From contig NW_020843402.1 in the NCBI RefSeq assembly GCF_003704095.1, positions 620,001-684,000 on the forward strand: 64,000 nucleotides of DNA, read 5' to 3'. Shown in pieces: positions 1 to 15,100 of the stretch. The stretch is from Pocillopora damicornis (Eukaryota). The notes beneath the pieces were generated by a model. That model was given only the letters and a program-made list of their open reading frames with translations. It did no database searches and was not told the DNA's origin. How positions within the stretch are numbered: the first letter of the stretch is position 1; the number at the start of each line of letters is the position of its first letter. The translations under genes and the position numbers were made by a program.

Positions 1-1233
1 AAAAAAAGTATTTGGTGGACCAGCAAACACGATTATGGTTTTGCTGACAGAGCAGGAAATACTGTAAAAGCCTATCCGGGGAGGAGAGACCAGGGAAAGA
101 CTGTTGGCGTCTTCTTGAATTAAGACGAGAGTATGGGATGGACTGACAAAGAGACACACAATCTTCGAAGAAGGAGACTTCTTGGCTAAGGAAGAAAAAG
201 TTATAATCCAAACTCAGACTGTCTATATTAATTGTCTCCAATAGAAAACAATGCCCATTATTTCCTCTTGATGTCTCGAAGCAGGGAAGGGAATAGGAAA
301 TGAGCTTTCTCGTGCCACCTTACAGCGCAAGTCCGCTTTTTGATACTATGCTCGGCAGGGATCTTTATTAAAAACCTCGTGGGACTCGGTGTTAACGCCT
401 TTTACGGCTTAGGGCTGAGGATTGTTGGCTTAAACTATGTTGGCTTACTGAGACGCCTTCAGACGTGACCTAAATCATAGGTACCCAGGGTAGATTCCTA
501 ACGCTAACCTAACTCAAGCTTGAGAAGCTATGGCCTAACAATTGCGGCTTGACAATTCGTGTTCTTTGTGCGTTCCTTGGACACTTCATATGATACTTGC
601 TACGGTTATAATAATCCGATCCTACTTGGATACAGCCTTATTTTGGCTTTTTAAGATAAAATAACAGCGATGCACCCACTGACGAGTGGGCGAACGGTCC
701 AAGGTTGAGATGTTCAGCGATGACAGATTTCTTGTATAATCCTCTGTCAATTTAAATTCTAAATAAGTCGCCTAAATTCCTTTTTATTGCCAACATAGTC
801 TCAATTCAAACGCAGTTGAACATAGCAGTTTCAAATAGTGAAATGGTACAAACTTAGGAAACGGCTTAAATACAAGTATATTACAGATGTTTATAAATAA
901 GTATGACTATTATCAAATTTGTTCTGCATAAGTGTATACATATTTAGTATTTACATTTGCTTTAAGTTTTACCAAACAGATGATTTTTGAACGCGTTTTT
1001 CCGTCACCTCCTTTAGATGTTTTGCCCTGACAACAGAACTTTCTATATTCCTAAAAAAAATTACAGACATGACGCAATAAATTACATTGATGATGCGAGA
1101 GAAGCTGTAGTCTGCGCTGTTTGCACCACATTATGGCTCCGTAAGCCTGAGTCTCTCATCGTATTCCTAGTATGTTGTTTCTTTGAAAAGATAAGTAATG
1201 ATTACATTTTACACCAAAGCCTTTCGCATAAAC

Positions 1234-3198
1234 TCAGTGAATAACTCCTATGTTGGGATACAGCTGTTGTACATTAACTGGACGCGGCTGGCAGTTGTTT
1301 ACCGAGTCGTAATAGACCCACTCAGGCACATAAGTATAACCATATCCTGATAGCAGCCTTGGGTCAAACGGAAAAGACCTCGAAGAGAAAGGCGATGACA
1401 CATACCCAGAGCTCAGAGGAACTGGACGTGTAGGAACTGCGATATTACTGTCTTCTAGATCTCGATCAACTTTTAGCCGCTTATTTTGGTGATAAGAATG
1501 GGCTTCATCCCCAACAGGTGAACCTTCAACATCCTGAAGATCATCATCCGCATTTTTCTTCTTTATCGTTTCTTGGTCATCCTTACTTTCCAGGTCACCT
1601 GTTTCTTTAGATCCTTTAAGTTTGCGATACTTGGCCCGACGATTTTTAAACCACACCTAAGAGACAGGTAAAAGAAGACGGCGACTAACTAAGTGAAAAT
1701 CAGAACGCTTGAAGGCCTAAATTTGGTAGTGATACCCTACTATCAGTTACTTATTTGACTTCTGCTTTTTTTTTCTAAAAAGAAACCGTGACTAGGGTTT
1801 TGGGCGGCGTAACGAATCTTTCAGGACATAAACCAGAACTAAAGAAACAAACAGACAAACAAAACAAAACAAACACACAGACATAAAAAAGTGTTTTCAG
1901 AGGGGATGATAAATTTACATCCATGACGATCATTCGTTGGTTTTGAGTTCCTATTTATAGCTATGAGTCAGTTGCATATCGATGTCATTACGTTTCCTCC
2001 GCCAGGAGGTAACACCTGTATTTTTATGTAAATCTCGTCTAAAGAAAGATGCCCTTACTATTTTAAGGGAAGGGGGAATTAAGATTTTGGATTTAATTTC
2101 TACTATTTGTAGTTGCTAATAATCTATGAGCCAGTGTTTAAAAAGCTCATTTTAACTCTATTGAGCTGACAAGGAAGTGTTTAGTAATCAGGTAGGAAAA
2201 TCAACTTTCGGATCTTTGTAGTGGAAGGGTTCGCGCCGGGAGGTAACACCTGCATTTTTATGTAAATCCCATCTAAAGAAAGCTGCCGTCACTATTTTAA
2301 GGGAAGAGGGAGTCAAGATTTGGGATTTCATTTTTACTCTGTGCTTACGTCACATAAAATCATATCTTTTGAATCACTCTTCTGTACCTCAGTCCATAAT
2401 TGACAGATATTGCTCAACTGATGTGATTATGACGAATGGAAACCATGTGTCTCATTTGCGAATAGCCTGAAAAACTAATTCTCAAATCTTCTATAAAAAA
2501 ATCATCGGTTTACTCACTGTGACCGGAATGTGGAAATTAGGGCTTTCTTTATTAAGCCGAATTAGGAAGAGGTCATGTCCTCGAACTCGTTTGGGGAATC
2601 CGGGCCCTTTTATTTGGAAAAGATTTTTCCCGATTTGGTGGATTTCAATTTTCTATTTAAAATCGAGGTACGGCACCATTTGCTGCTAGGATGATGTTCT
2701 ATTTTAAGGTGACTTGATGCTCTGAATATGTCCTTTGCCATAACTTGTATCTAAGTTCAGCTTATAACATCTTCTGTTTGATATCTTTAGGCATATTTTA
2801 AATTATATTTCTCGACTGCAAAGAATGCCGGGTCATTCCTTTTTCCTACAGTTCCATGCAGAAATATTTGCAGTACTTTACTCGGGAAAATACAAACCAG
2901 GTCTTGAAAAAAAAAAGTTTTAAGATTATTATTTTGTTAACAATACTTCCTCGATATGTACCCTCTGAGAAGTTAGGATCGAAACTAAGTCCTTTTTTAA
3001 TGAGTTGATTAGCAGGTGTGATTTTAATTTTGGGGTCAAACCAACCTGGATACGTGATTCAGGCAAACTTGTGTAAGCTGCCAACTGCTCCCTTAGCATC
3101 AAGTCTGGATAATGAGTTCTTGCAAATGTCCTCTCGAGAGTTTCAAGTTGGAATTGGTTGAATGTGGTTCTTGTACGCCGAATTTTCCGTCCTTCCAT
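1234..3198 (-). CDS. Dmbx: PRD-class K50 homeobox transcription factor, Dmbx-like; exons 3198-3046 and 1656-1234 (a further 5' exon is possible)
   Basis: Spliced homeodomain [48 protein letters not shown]|[12 protein letters not shown] with K at position 50. Phase-0 intron CAG|gttggt...ttag|GTG lies between residues 46 and 47, the canonical PRD-class position. The ERTF.RTHYPD..RE.LA..T.LPE pattern fits Dmbx better than Otx, Gsc or Pitx. An in-frame aag| acceptor near 3208 allows an unseen upstream exon. Confidence 0.8.
2000..2338. repeat. Imperfect ~105-bp direct repeat (2000-2104 and 2234-2338) in the Dmbx-like intron
   Basis: cgccaggaggtaacacctgtatttttatgtaaatctcgtctaaagaaag... versus cgccgggaggtaacacctgcatttttatgtaaatcccatctaaagaaag... 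Confidence 0.85.
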
Positions 3199-6100
3199 AC
3201 AGCTGACCTTTAATATAATATCTATATTAAAAAAAAGATCACGCAAAGTTTTACGTCCCATATGTACCATTATCATCAGCTCAAAACATCCTGTATAACA
3301 GCGATATAGACTTTTAAACTTGCTTTCCAAAGTCTCTACTTCAACCAAACTGACCCACGTGGCTGGAGCTTATTCAGAAGCGAATAAGTTTTTTTTCTTT
3401 ATTTACTTCCAATGAAATGCATGCTACTCCGTCGCTTATAAAAAGCTCCCACTTAAAGTATGAGGAGAATTCAGAACTAGACCGTAAAGAAAAGATGCCA
3501 GTTCTGATCTACAAATTGTGGACTTTCTATTATTATTTTCAAAGGTTTTTCTTGGAAGAATGGCAATCCTTCTTGCATGTTGATGACTTTCCCTCAAAAG
3601 TGGTGATAACAAGCAACTAATTGAGTTAAACAAGAACGTGCAGGTAACACTTTTTTTTACATTTTACGGAAGAGGAAAAACCCAGGTGGGATTATAAGAG
3701 GATTTTTGCATGCTCAAAATAGAATCATTGCATAGCCCTTCTATCCTGTGTATGTAGTGGCTGATTAAATGGAAACAATATGCTTACTGATCGATTTTCA
3801 GAAATAACTTTAGCTCATTTGTTTAAACAGCTTTTTACAGTGCACGTATAGTAGAAGTCGGTATAGCTTGTGATCTGACAGTTCTTATTTAAGCGGCACT
3901 CGCCTTTGTTACTCTTCATTCGCAATTTCCGGCGTTCTTTGCAACCCTTTCAGACAATCGGCATTAACAGGCTACTGATTACAGAGAATTACGTTAAGGC
4001 CAGTAGGGGAGATGCATTTTAGAAAGTCCATATTATTGATGCAAGGGATCTATCTCATTGAAAATAATTCATGACAGTAACATACTTCTGCCTACACTCC
4101 AAAATGTGAGCTGTTAATGTAAACAAATGATGTACAGTCTAAGAAATGCACCTTATCTTGATGCCAGCAAAGAACACACTTTCTTTCGAAAGGTGGGATT
4201 ATTAACCATCCAATTATGAGTACGCTCTTTAGGTTATTTGTGATGATAAGGAGCTGTCTGACAACAAACCAGTTAAAATAGAAAGAACAACCTTATACAT
4301 ACAAATCGAATGGTTAATTTAAATTCTCTCATGACTTTGCAACCCATGTGTAAACTCTTCCACCTGGAACTGTCAACATCCATAATTAATAGTTCCTTAC
4401 AGCCTGACAATGTGCTCTGATAAATCTGTTTAATTGTTCTCTTGTTGATCGTAAGGCTTACTGGGCGCCGAACCATTGCAAACAAAGCTTATGAATTTGT
4501 CAGAACTGACTTTTCCAATTAAGCACAGTAACTAGAGAACAAAGAATAAAAGTCGTATCTTGATTAATGGGACTCTCAATGGATCAGTGCTAAAGAAATG
4601 GTGATGTTTTAAAGACGGCGTCGTAAACAAGGGAAACGCCCCTGGAGTTAAGCAGAATTTGAACTGATTCGTTTTCGAAAAGAACGTTTCCTCAACGTTT
4701 CGTTGATGAGATAAATTGACTCGGAGACATAAGGTGAAAACGTCTTTTGTCGAATATTCCATCTCTGTTACATCGGTTAAACAGAGTCGTTGTAGAGAAA
4801 GAATTCGTCGGAATGCATATTTGTGTTTTTTTTTTCCTTTTTTTTAACTATCGGAAGTCGAGCTTTACATTTTGAGATTTCCTTATTTGAATAACCCGAA
4901 AACAAGCGCTGCTGTCATCAGTAAGACTGCACTTTAGTAATCGAATAAAACGTATTTATCACAATGCTAGCAACCACCAGTAAACAGAGCGGCTTAAATT
5001 CTAATACGCGAAACCAAAGAATCATCCATAATTAAGGGTGGTTGTAGATTGGAAATACTTAAATAAGAAGAACTGTGCGTGCAACATCTTTATACTTTAT
5101 ATATATAAGTAATCTGTGCATGATTAAAAATGCACAGTCCTTTCATTTCCCCGTGGTAAAGAATTCAATGGAACCGCGCTGAGCAGAACAAAAAGGAATT
5201 TCCTGAGGTTTACGGAGGCTTTATACTGGGGTTTTTAAATCTCTTGTAAATTAAGGATTGCGGAAATGCAATTGAAGGATGGTGAGAACAATGAAGGTGG
5301 TGTTTCATTATTCCACGATTCAGACTTCATTACCAACATCTCAAGCACTAACAAAACACTTGCGGGTTTTTTCGGCTAATCCAATGTCCCCTTTAAATTC
5401 CCAAATCGCCTGGAAACATTTTGTATGGAACTTGTCCATCTAAGATTTGGTAAGGTTTAATATAATTCCTTATTTTAGCCACAAAAAAAACCCGGAGTAG
5501 ATTTGAGGTTTGACTTCGACAAAAACCACATGGATGAAAGATACCACTGACACCTTTTATCTCACTTGACCCTTCACCAAAAATATAAGTTAATTATGCG
5601 ATGATTAATTTTTGGCTGTGATTTTAGATTCCGTAAGTGTAAAAAATTGGCGCCTCTGAATTACTCAAGAGCTTCCAAAAACCGAAAACCGTCTAAACAA
5701 TGTAAAATTTAAGAAGACTCTCGAGAACAATCAGTTGAGTAGTTGGAAATACCGAATGAGAAGAATTTCCCGTTTGGATTGAAAACAGGCGAATGCCTTC
5801 ATCGAATTTCTCGGCAATTGGTATGGAGTATAAAACAAAGATGCATGCTCATAAAAAACCTTTGAATTTAAAGGAAAGTTCCTTTCGCAAATTAGTAGCT
5901 AATCGTATTTTAAACCAATGGTCTTTGATAACTCTAAACCAAATAACATAATCGTAGTTTTACTCCGTTAGAGAGCTTACATTGAAGTGTGACTAACCTG
6001 CCATCCTCTCTGCCAGTGCCAAGGCTTCAGAAGTTGGTGCAACCTTAAGGATGCTACTACTACCTCGTGTGTCCTTTAAAATGTTTTCAATAGAGAAAGG

Positions 6101-9100
6101 GTGACGCTCCATGTCTTAATATTGGTGTAGAACTGTAGGAAAAAGTTGGTGAAAATTTTGTCACTTATAATGATTCACTTCTGTCTAAAGCGAGTCCGTT
6201 TTGCAGGAATGTTTTTGAGAGTGTTTTTTTAATCCTCTTATGATGGATGCGCTCTATTTGTTCCAGCAGCACGTTTAATTTTTGAGTTGTAGTAATTTCT
6301 TTGTCGATCGATCTATCAGAACAAGTAAGCTTCAAAATCTTGAGACAGTCTAAATGGCGTAAATATTTATCGCACATATAGTCAGGTGAAATCCACTGTC
6401 TCATTGAATCTCACAGGAGCGCACTATTTTGCTATTTTGACTCCACGCCAACAAGCCAATACCCCACGATACATCTTTGCAAATATTGTGCGTGGTCATT
6501 GGCCAAGTTTAAGTGAATTCATCCAAGTTTCACTGTACTCCTCTATTAAATTTTTAGAGGCACTACAAAACGGCTCACAACTTTGAAGGTCTAACCGACG
6601 CTGAGAAAGTCGTATTGAGACGTACTTGTCTGTAAGTGTCCCCATCAAGAATGCCGTAATTTTTCAAAAGCACTTGAGATTGAATCAAAGCAAACAATGC
6701 TCGCAGTTCGTAACTCAACTGCATGATCAAGTGATATAAAAATTTACTCTAATTGCTTCGTAAATAAGTCGAATAGCTATCCGAAGGAAGAGATGTACAT
6801 ACCAAACTCACGTTTCAGGGTTCCTTTACGGTGTGTTATTAAACTGATAGACGCACTGCGTAGCTTAACACCCTTGAATTTAAACTAACCGTTTGGGAGG
6901 GGCTTAATGATAACATAATAAGCTTGCTGTCAGGAAATTGTCGTGGTAAATGACAGCGGCATGCTCATGAAGACAGCGCTGCGGACATGTCGTTTTATTT
7001 CATTTTTTGTGATTACAATTCGCCGAAAACCCCGTGCGGAAAGTAACGCATCGACTCCGTTATTGTCTACAAATCTTCACGGCTTAATCGCTCGAATTAT
7101 TGAATTTTACGTTTAATGCAAGGAGTTATGAACGAAGAATGCCAACACGAAGTTTTAATTTAGCGCTGGCTAACGCCTGAAGGAGCACGGAAAATTATGT
7201 TAATTCCTGATTCAATAAGAAACACGATTTGAGTCACAGAAGCGGGCAAAAAAACAAATAATATTTATAAACCAAGGTATGAGATCTGAGCAAAATTTCC
7301 TTCGCGACGTTAAATGTAGTATCGACGACGTCTCTGTAATCATTTGTTACTGCAGAAGTGTTGCTTAAGAGTTTTAGGAAAGCGATTGTTTTAAACTGCG
7401 GAAACATAAATCGTTTCATGTGAACAATGAATCCTTTTAGGGTTCTCTGCCGATAAGCACGACAGTCGCCCACATCCTGCATATGTAAATACTGGTTAGC
7501 ACATCTTATTGTGTCAGTAGAAGATGTCATATTTCTACCGAAGGATTATCTTAATTCTTTTCTTAACCCAGGTCACGCAGCTAGCCTGACGTCATGCTAA
7601 ACTAGGGGCTTTAGGAAACAAACAAATAATCTAATTATGGTTAAATTACCACTTGTCTTCGAGTAGTTAGAGGCTCAAATGAGATTTCACTTTCATGCTT
7701 GAGGTGACCAACCTTCAAATTACACGGTTCAAAACATTTTGCAGAAAAAATAAAAGCATATCAGTTTTAGCAACAGCTAAATTGCACTAATTACAGAGAA
7801 GTTTGCACTTTTAACGTCTCTCGAGCTAATCGGAAATACTTTATTTTTCCTCTTCGCCCCCCCGCTTGGTATTAAGAACATCGCATTATCCGTTGATCAC
7901 GTATTGCTTGTCACTCTCTCTTAGCAGTGTATATATATCCGAGTCCTCGGTCTCTTGCATCTGTGGCAACCAAGGCGTTAGTCTTTGCGGTTACGGTTAC
8001 TGACTCACAACTCGGGCTTAAAGCCCGATGGAAATCCGTTTAATAGTTTTATTATGATCAGATTATATCCAGAGGAGGCAATAGGCTTCTATAAAAGAAT
8101 TGATTAATTTGGCTTTCACTCGATAAAATGGACCTTGCCCGTCATTCACAAAAATGCCAAGCCTCGCTTGGCCATTGAGATCGTGTCGGTAAAAGAAATC
8201 CGCTCAATCAGAATCGCGTGATCCCACTGAAGGAAGTAATTCCAAACCAATCTAACAAAGAGTACAATATAACACCTTTACATGAACCGGCTGCCGACGT
8301 TGCTCGAAGAAACTATTATAATTGAAATGCTGCGGGCAACCGAGTGAATTTGCTGCTCCACATTGAACTTACGCCCTTAAGAACATATAGCCATGCTCCA
8401 AATTTACTTTTTCACGAGGCTTAACGAATTTGAGAAATCTATGCTATAAGCGTAAGACTTACTGAGAAGGATCTTATCAAAATTTGTCATGAGGCTCACT
8501 CAAAAGTTCATGCTTAAACTTATCGTTCAGGAAGACCTTCGTTGATAAGAAACAGGCCTTGCTTTAAAATAAAAAATTTCTTTTCTTCGATAAAGCCTTT
8601 ACTAAGCTGCTAGAAGCATGGCAAACATGAAGATCTTCAAATATTGACTATATCTTGTGAAAAACCTTCTTATCAGTATTGGTAATGAATTCGAAATCAA
8701 TCTATCTAGCCACCTTATGATAATATTCTTTTTTAAGTAAGGGCTTCCACTGCTCTCGTATCCTTGCTTAGTTAGATTGATATATTCGCCTTTCTAACCA
8801 TTTGATACAGCCATTGATGTAACCGGCGTAGCGAAATATTTTCTTTTTCCGCATTGCGGCGATCCCGAAGCATAAGTCTTGGAAGAGTTACTTCTAAATA
8901 AACTCTGTTGAAGTTTCAATAGCTTGGAAACGAGCATGCTAGATATTGGTATTGCATATCTGCCTGTTTGATTGTGTTTTCAGTAAAATCATGAATTGTG
9001 TTACCAGCAAGGAGAAACTATTTTGTTGGATAATCTCTTGCTTCTTTTTCACTGCTCGCAAACAAAGGAGGTTTGAGAAGCCTTCCTCTGCTTCAACTGT

Positions 9101-12100
9101 TCAAGTGTATTTAGGCATTTCTAAGTTCGCCATCTTCAATTAATTTGTTTTAATCTTCAACTTCTGCAACCAACTTAAAAAGTATTGCTTTCTTCTTTCC
9201 TATGCGGCGTATGTCTTTCCAAGTGAGCTATTATTTGTAAATTTTCTTCTGCTGAAACACATGTCGGAAATCAAAACATCGTGAAGCAGGCTTGCTACTG
9301 AAAGGTGCCCTTCTTATAACACTACTGAGGTATCAGTGGATTTCCGGATTGAAGTTACTCTCGACAAAAATCAAAATCTAAATTTTAGGAGACACGTACA
9401 TGTACCTGTAGTAGGAAATAGCACAGGTGTTTTAAACCCCAGAGTCACTGACGTCGCTTCCTCCGTTAAGTGGTGGAGGTTTTACCTGTTAACCTTGCCG
9501 CAACAGCCTACAAATGGGCTTAACTGACCAGAAAAGGTCACCGCGTTCGTCGGTCTTCTAAGATTTCTTTTATACTTATGTCACCTTTGTTAATAAATGA
9601 TGATTGAGAAGTGATGATTTCTTTTTGTTGTCCTGGTTCATATGTACTGAGACTTAGAGATGGTTTTTTGTTTGACAACCGAGAAAATTTCAAGGAAAAA
9701 ACTCTGTATATCGAAGTAAGGAGGTTAAGCGAAATTTTAAAACTTCTCAACAATAGTGACAGTTTAATTCATTCCTTTATCTACATGTCTAGGTCCTTTT
9801 CCTAAAGTAACTGCTTTCATAGAAGATGCAATCCTTTGCGGCTATTGCAGGCCTTTCATAAAATTATCGTCCTCGATGGTCATCCCCTATGGCTGAACGC
9901 CGCGGACTATAGTTGACCCCTGAATCACAAAGTGAGCCACGTTGTTGAATTCTTTAAACATCATTGTACTCAAAGCCTAATCAAGGTTTGGGCCAAACGT
10001 ATCAATAATCATAGGAAGATTAGAACTAAATCGATTCTTCTCGCCCAAACGGAAACACAATCGATAATACAACCAGCTAAGAGGAAGACATTGGCGGCAA
10101 TCAACTATATTTACTACCAAAAGTGTGAAAGGATAATTGCTCGATGCAGAGCGAAAAAAGCAACAAAGAGTTAAATGCATCATCTTCTTTATTTCATAAC
10201 TGGGTTATTAGATCGTCTGAAGATTAGCCCCCCTAGTGATGTCGACATGTTGACAGTTACTGTCTAACCCACTGAGCTCAAACATCCCACACGATGATGG
10301 AAAATTAAACGGTTCAATTAGAACGGCACATGTCGAGAAGCACAATGCCAACTTAAGAGCTTCCGGAAGTGATAAAAGTTTAAAGGATTAAAAACCAATA
10401 ATAAAGAAATTTAATAAGGGTTTCGTGTGCACTGAAATAAACTATCAGAAGGATTGGCGACCAAAAAGTGCATCCATCGCATTTAATAGCATTCTACAAA
10501 GATTAACAGAGTGTAACTGTGTGTTTCGAGAAAGTTTATTTCGCTCGGTAGAAATTAAAGCCTCAGGTTCGGTATAAATACCTCGATGTCACATCGCTGA
10601 AAAGACGGATTTCAAGCAATTTTGATACCATATACAAAACGATTAATCCACTGTTGTTTACGGTAAGAGATCTTAGTTTGAATAAATTTTGCAAGACAGC
10701 ATTAACAACTTGATGGCGACTTTTCGCGAACTACCGACTGTGTACTTATCGTCAAACGCTTAGTTTAACATAGAATGAAACAATTTACCAGAAATGTTCC
10801 TCAAACGTTACCAGATAAATTTAGTTATGACATGAATCAAGGAATCATATTCATATGGAGTAAGCAAAAGTATTACGTATAAAACTGAGATCCTCCAAAG
10901 CACGTCATTTTCATTTCGGAAACTCAGCTTAACTGTTTACTTACCAAGCAATTAAAGAAGAAATGTTCAGCAAAATTTCTCACTTATTAATCCGTAGAAG
11001 GTTCTTAAATTCTTTGCTGGATTAAGTTGTGAGTCTATGACAAGAAAGGTAGCTAGCTAGAAAAGAGATGAACTGAGATCCAAGAAATGCTCCAGCGTTT
11101 GGGGTGCCCTGAGTCACTCGGAAGCTCTGCTTTTCCTCAACTTATGACTGCTTGGCCAGAGAGCTGTGATAAGGAAGATTCAAGGTTCCCTTCGTTACGT
11201 TTAATCTGATTTACCCAGCTTATTTTGGTTGTCTCTCAGTGGACACCGGACGGTGTGGTCGGCATGATCAAGACGAAGATCAAATATCAGTCGAGCTATT
11301 CCAGATGGATACCCTGCTTTATGCTTGAATGGTCAGTAATCTTTCGCTCACACTTTCCCACTAGCTATAGTGGACAACTTCTTTAATACTACCCAACCAA
11401 GAAGTATAGATCACAACTAGAGTCGTATTACTTTTTAAAGTCAGTTCCGCGTCGCTTCTATCGTGGTCGACTAACTTCGAGTTTAGAAATTTGCCACGGT
11501 CCTCATTTATAGTAAGCGTGGTCTGGTGAATTAGGCCAAAAATGTTCTTGAACAAAGCACATATATGTATCTTGTAGAAATGATATATTGACTGGTTTGA
11601 ATTGGTGTCGCAAAATATGTGGAAGATCGTTTCTAATGTCAGCATTTTCAAAGCAACAAACTTATCAACTTTTAATGATAAGTTATACTCTCTCTATCTT
11701 TCCCCTTTTTCCCAGTTCTTTTCCCTATCATTTTATTCCCCTCATTTTTTCGATTTCTTCTGTTTTCTTTTTTAAATTAAATAGCTTATTGTTTACCTCT
11801 TTACAAATCATAATCGATGGGAAGTACGTGATCTGTTACCAACATATCAGCCGCGTCTTGAAAATTTTGCCTTTTCTCCCGTTTATCTTCACTAAACACT
11901 AATCCCACTTCAAATTGTTTTTTTTTCTTTCTCTGTTCCTCACTCTTAGATCCTCTTAGAAAGGGACAAAAAGAAAACATACCAAAAAAGCTATTCAAAA
12001 AAGACAAAAGACAGAGCAAAAGTCAGCGAACAAAGACAAAAACGTCAAATCAAAAAGCAAAAATTGCAAATCCCATTTTACTCTTTTGTCCCTAACGGCA

Positions 12101-15100
12101 TCATGACTCTTTATGTAGTCTTTCTCCATACGCACACTCGCGTTTCTGTTTTTACCAATCCTTGCACTCGAGCAGCCACTGCATATGAAAAAATGGCTTA
12201 TTTTAGAAGTGCAGCTTCATAATTTATCTCTGAAACCAATCGCTCAAAACTTTCGCTTGAAGACAATTTTTCTGCAAAATTGAAAATTTAGGTACGAGTA
12301 GTTATATCCGGTATATACTTGTATTTACACACGTCACCATCAAATGATTATTTCGTGAATGATAGTAATAAAAATTAAGGCCTTAACTTACGATTTATTC
12401 TATTTAAGACAACAAACTCATAAACAAAACACTTAGGTTCTTTTATTTTTTTATAACTGATCGACTTATAGTGTTAGCAGTGAATGCTAAAAACATTGGG
12501 AAGTGGATCGTCGTCATAGTAACCATGATGACTGGAAGCTATTGCAAACAATTACTCTTGCCAAACATTTTCCGTTCAGCTCGCTTGTCTGTGAAAAATG
12601 TAGGCTGAAGTGAAAGGGAAAAACATAAACAACTATTTACGCCTTTAATTATCCTGTCTTTAAGAGCTTCTTTATTTCCAGTGACTTGGAATGGATCTTA
12701 TGAAACCAATTTGGTCCAGTGCTCTAGAAAGCATGGGAAATCACTTTAAAGAAAAACATTTAAAATACTTGAGGTTGTTTATCCTTTTACGTATCCTTCT
12801 CCAACTACTAGGGGCAAGACTGCTGAGAGACAACCTCGTTTGTAACACCATGCATTTGACGAGTAAACGCTTGGTTTACCTCTTCAGAACCGAATAGTAT
12901 GTTTTTCTATTAAAAGCAATGAGAATGGGTTTAGAAATAAAGTCGGTGTTGAAGAGCAAGTGAAACACAGGAGTTTCAAAAACATCTCTGCGCTTTTCTC
13001 AGGGTACCAAACAGCCAGCAATTCGTTTTTAGGAAAAAAGAAAAAGTTTTCAAGTTCCGTCTCGGAAAGCATGCGGGATCATTAAAAAAAGTACCATTTG
13101 TCAGACTACTTTCATTTTAAAATCCTTAGGAGTGCTGCTTGACAATTCTGCCCAGGCAAGAGAGAGTGAGTAGTTATATATAAAAAAATTACATAATTTG
13201 GGGGGGGTACAAAAATCCCGACACGATACGTTTATCGTGTAGTTTTATGCGAGTGAAGGCTACTGTGTTACTATCTGGAAAAAAATAGCTGTTAAGTGCT
13301 TTCATTCTTAATGGATTCTTCACTTGAATGATTCAAGTACGCTTTCAGAGAATACCAGTTTCTTTTCATTGTTTTGTTTTCAATATGATTGTTAATGCAG
13401 CGTCGTCGAGCAACGAAACCATGCCCTCAAACTAGTTTTACAAGAGGTCATGGAGGAACATTTCAAACTGACCCAGCATCACTGGCTCAATCGTGAAATA
13501 TCTTAACCGAAAAGGTAAACAACGTGGAAGACCGCCTTAAGGAAAAAAATTTCCAGATTTAGGCCTGAAAGATGAGGAAAATTGAAAACAAACGATCACT
13601 CTAACGACCAAGCCCGTTATCACGGAAATATGTTTTTGAAGGTTGTTAATTTTTCCGAGCTGCAGTACCGCTTCTAACATGTTTGCAATTCTCTTTAACT
13701 TCGTTTACGTTTACAAGCCCTACTATAACTTGCTTTTGCTTGACTTTCTTTATTTCTGATATTTTCAACGGTAAAAGTAACATGAAGGCAGCTCTTTCGT
13801 GCGGTAAATTAAAACGACAAGGTTGATTGACTTGCGGTTCATATCATACCCAACCTCTGTGGGTGGGGGTCCAAGGCGCCGTAAAAGACTTTTTTGAAAA
13901 TTACAATAGTTCATTAGCATTTAAAATAGAGTTTTGTCGTTTGCACGTAATGTGGGTTACGGACTTCGAATAAACGTGGCTGTCAAGGAAAACTCAATCA
14001 GACAACGCTTGTTTGAGAAAAAAATTTTCTTGCTGAGATTTCAAGAAGTGACAAGTACACTGTCAAAGCAGATAATGACAAAATTTTCCGCACGCCGTTT
14101 ATCATGTCAAGTTTCATATGGATAGAGGAAGCCTATCTTTCATAAATTTTCACCGTCCTACGTTTCCTTAAACGTATGGAGGTTTTTTTTAACTACCTTG
14201 ACGACACATCATCGTTATCGGGAACACTGTGGTTCCTTGTTGTGCGCTATTGTTCGTATGTGTCAATAAACGAAAAAAATGTAATATTAGGAGGATTTCA
14301 ACTTGCAAGTGATGCGTCCTTTGTGAATAATTACACCTCTTGAGTATTGAGTTAACAGCTAAATCTGGTCGGAATAAGATGGTATTACTAAACGTTACGT
14401 TTATACGTATAAATTAAGTAGTTGATTAAGAAATAAGTTCACATTTTGGTAAAGTTATGAACTACATACATAATTGACATCGGATGGTGCTTTTGAAGAC
14501 CAGGATTTACACCAGGAAAAATGCATGCACCTGAAAATCTTTAAAAATAAGGGTGTCGCTCGTTAGCTTTTTCGACGGAATATGTTCGCAGAGCATGAAA
14601 TCCGATAAATTTCGGTTTTGAATAAATATGTATATTTGTTGTTTTTCTTAACCCACCAACTATTTCAGACTCAAAGTACTTGCAAGCGGTCGAGAGTAAG
14701 GATGTTAATTGGGCCCCTTACAAACAGTATTTGTTAAAAAAATAACAATATACATTTTATCCAGATACATTAAGAGAAAAAACAACAGATGATTTTTTTC
14801 GGTTCATTTTCAAGTGACTCTTTGTATTTCAGGCAGGGTTTGGTAAGCGTCCAGTAATTAACAAGTAGCGTTTGCCGACTGAATCATCAAGCTCCGCGGA
14901 AACTTTTTTCCGGGCAAAACTCAGCTGGCTTTTAATATAACAGCTCTAAGCCTCTTGTATTATTTTGTGCATTAGATATGTAACATTTTTCTATATGTAT
15001 TCCGATAGCATTCGTCATTATCCACTTTCATATTGATGCGAAAAAAAAATTAAAGCCATCCTTCGTGTGAAATATAGAGCCGAATACTCTTGAAAATTAT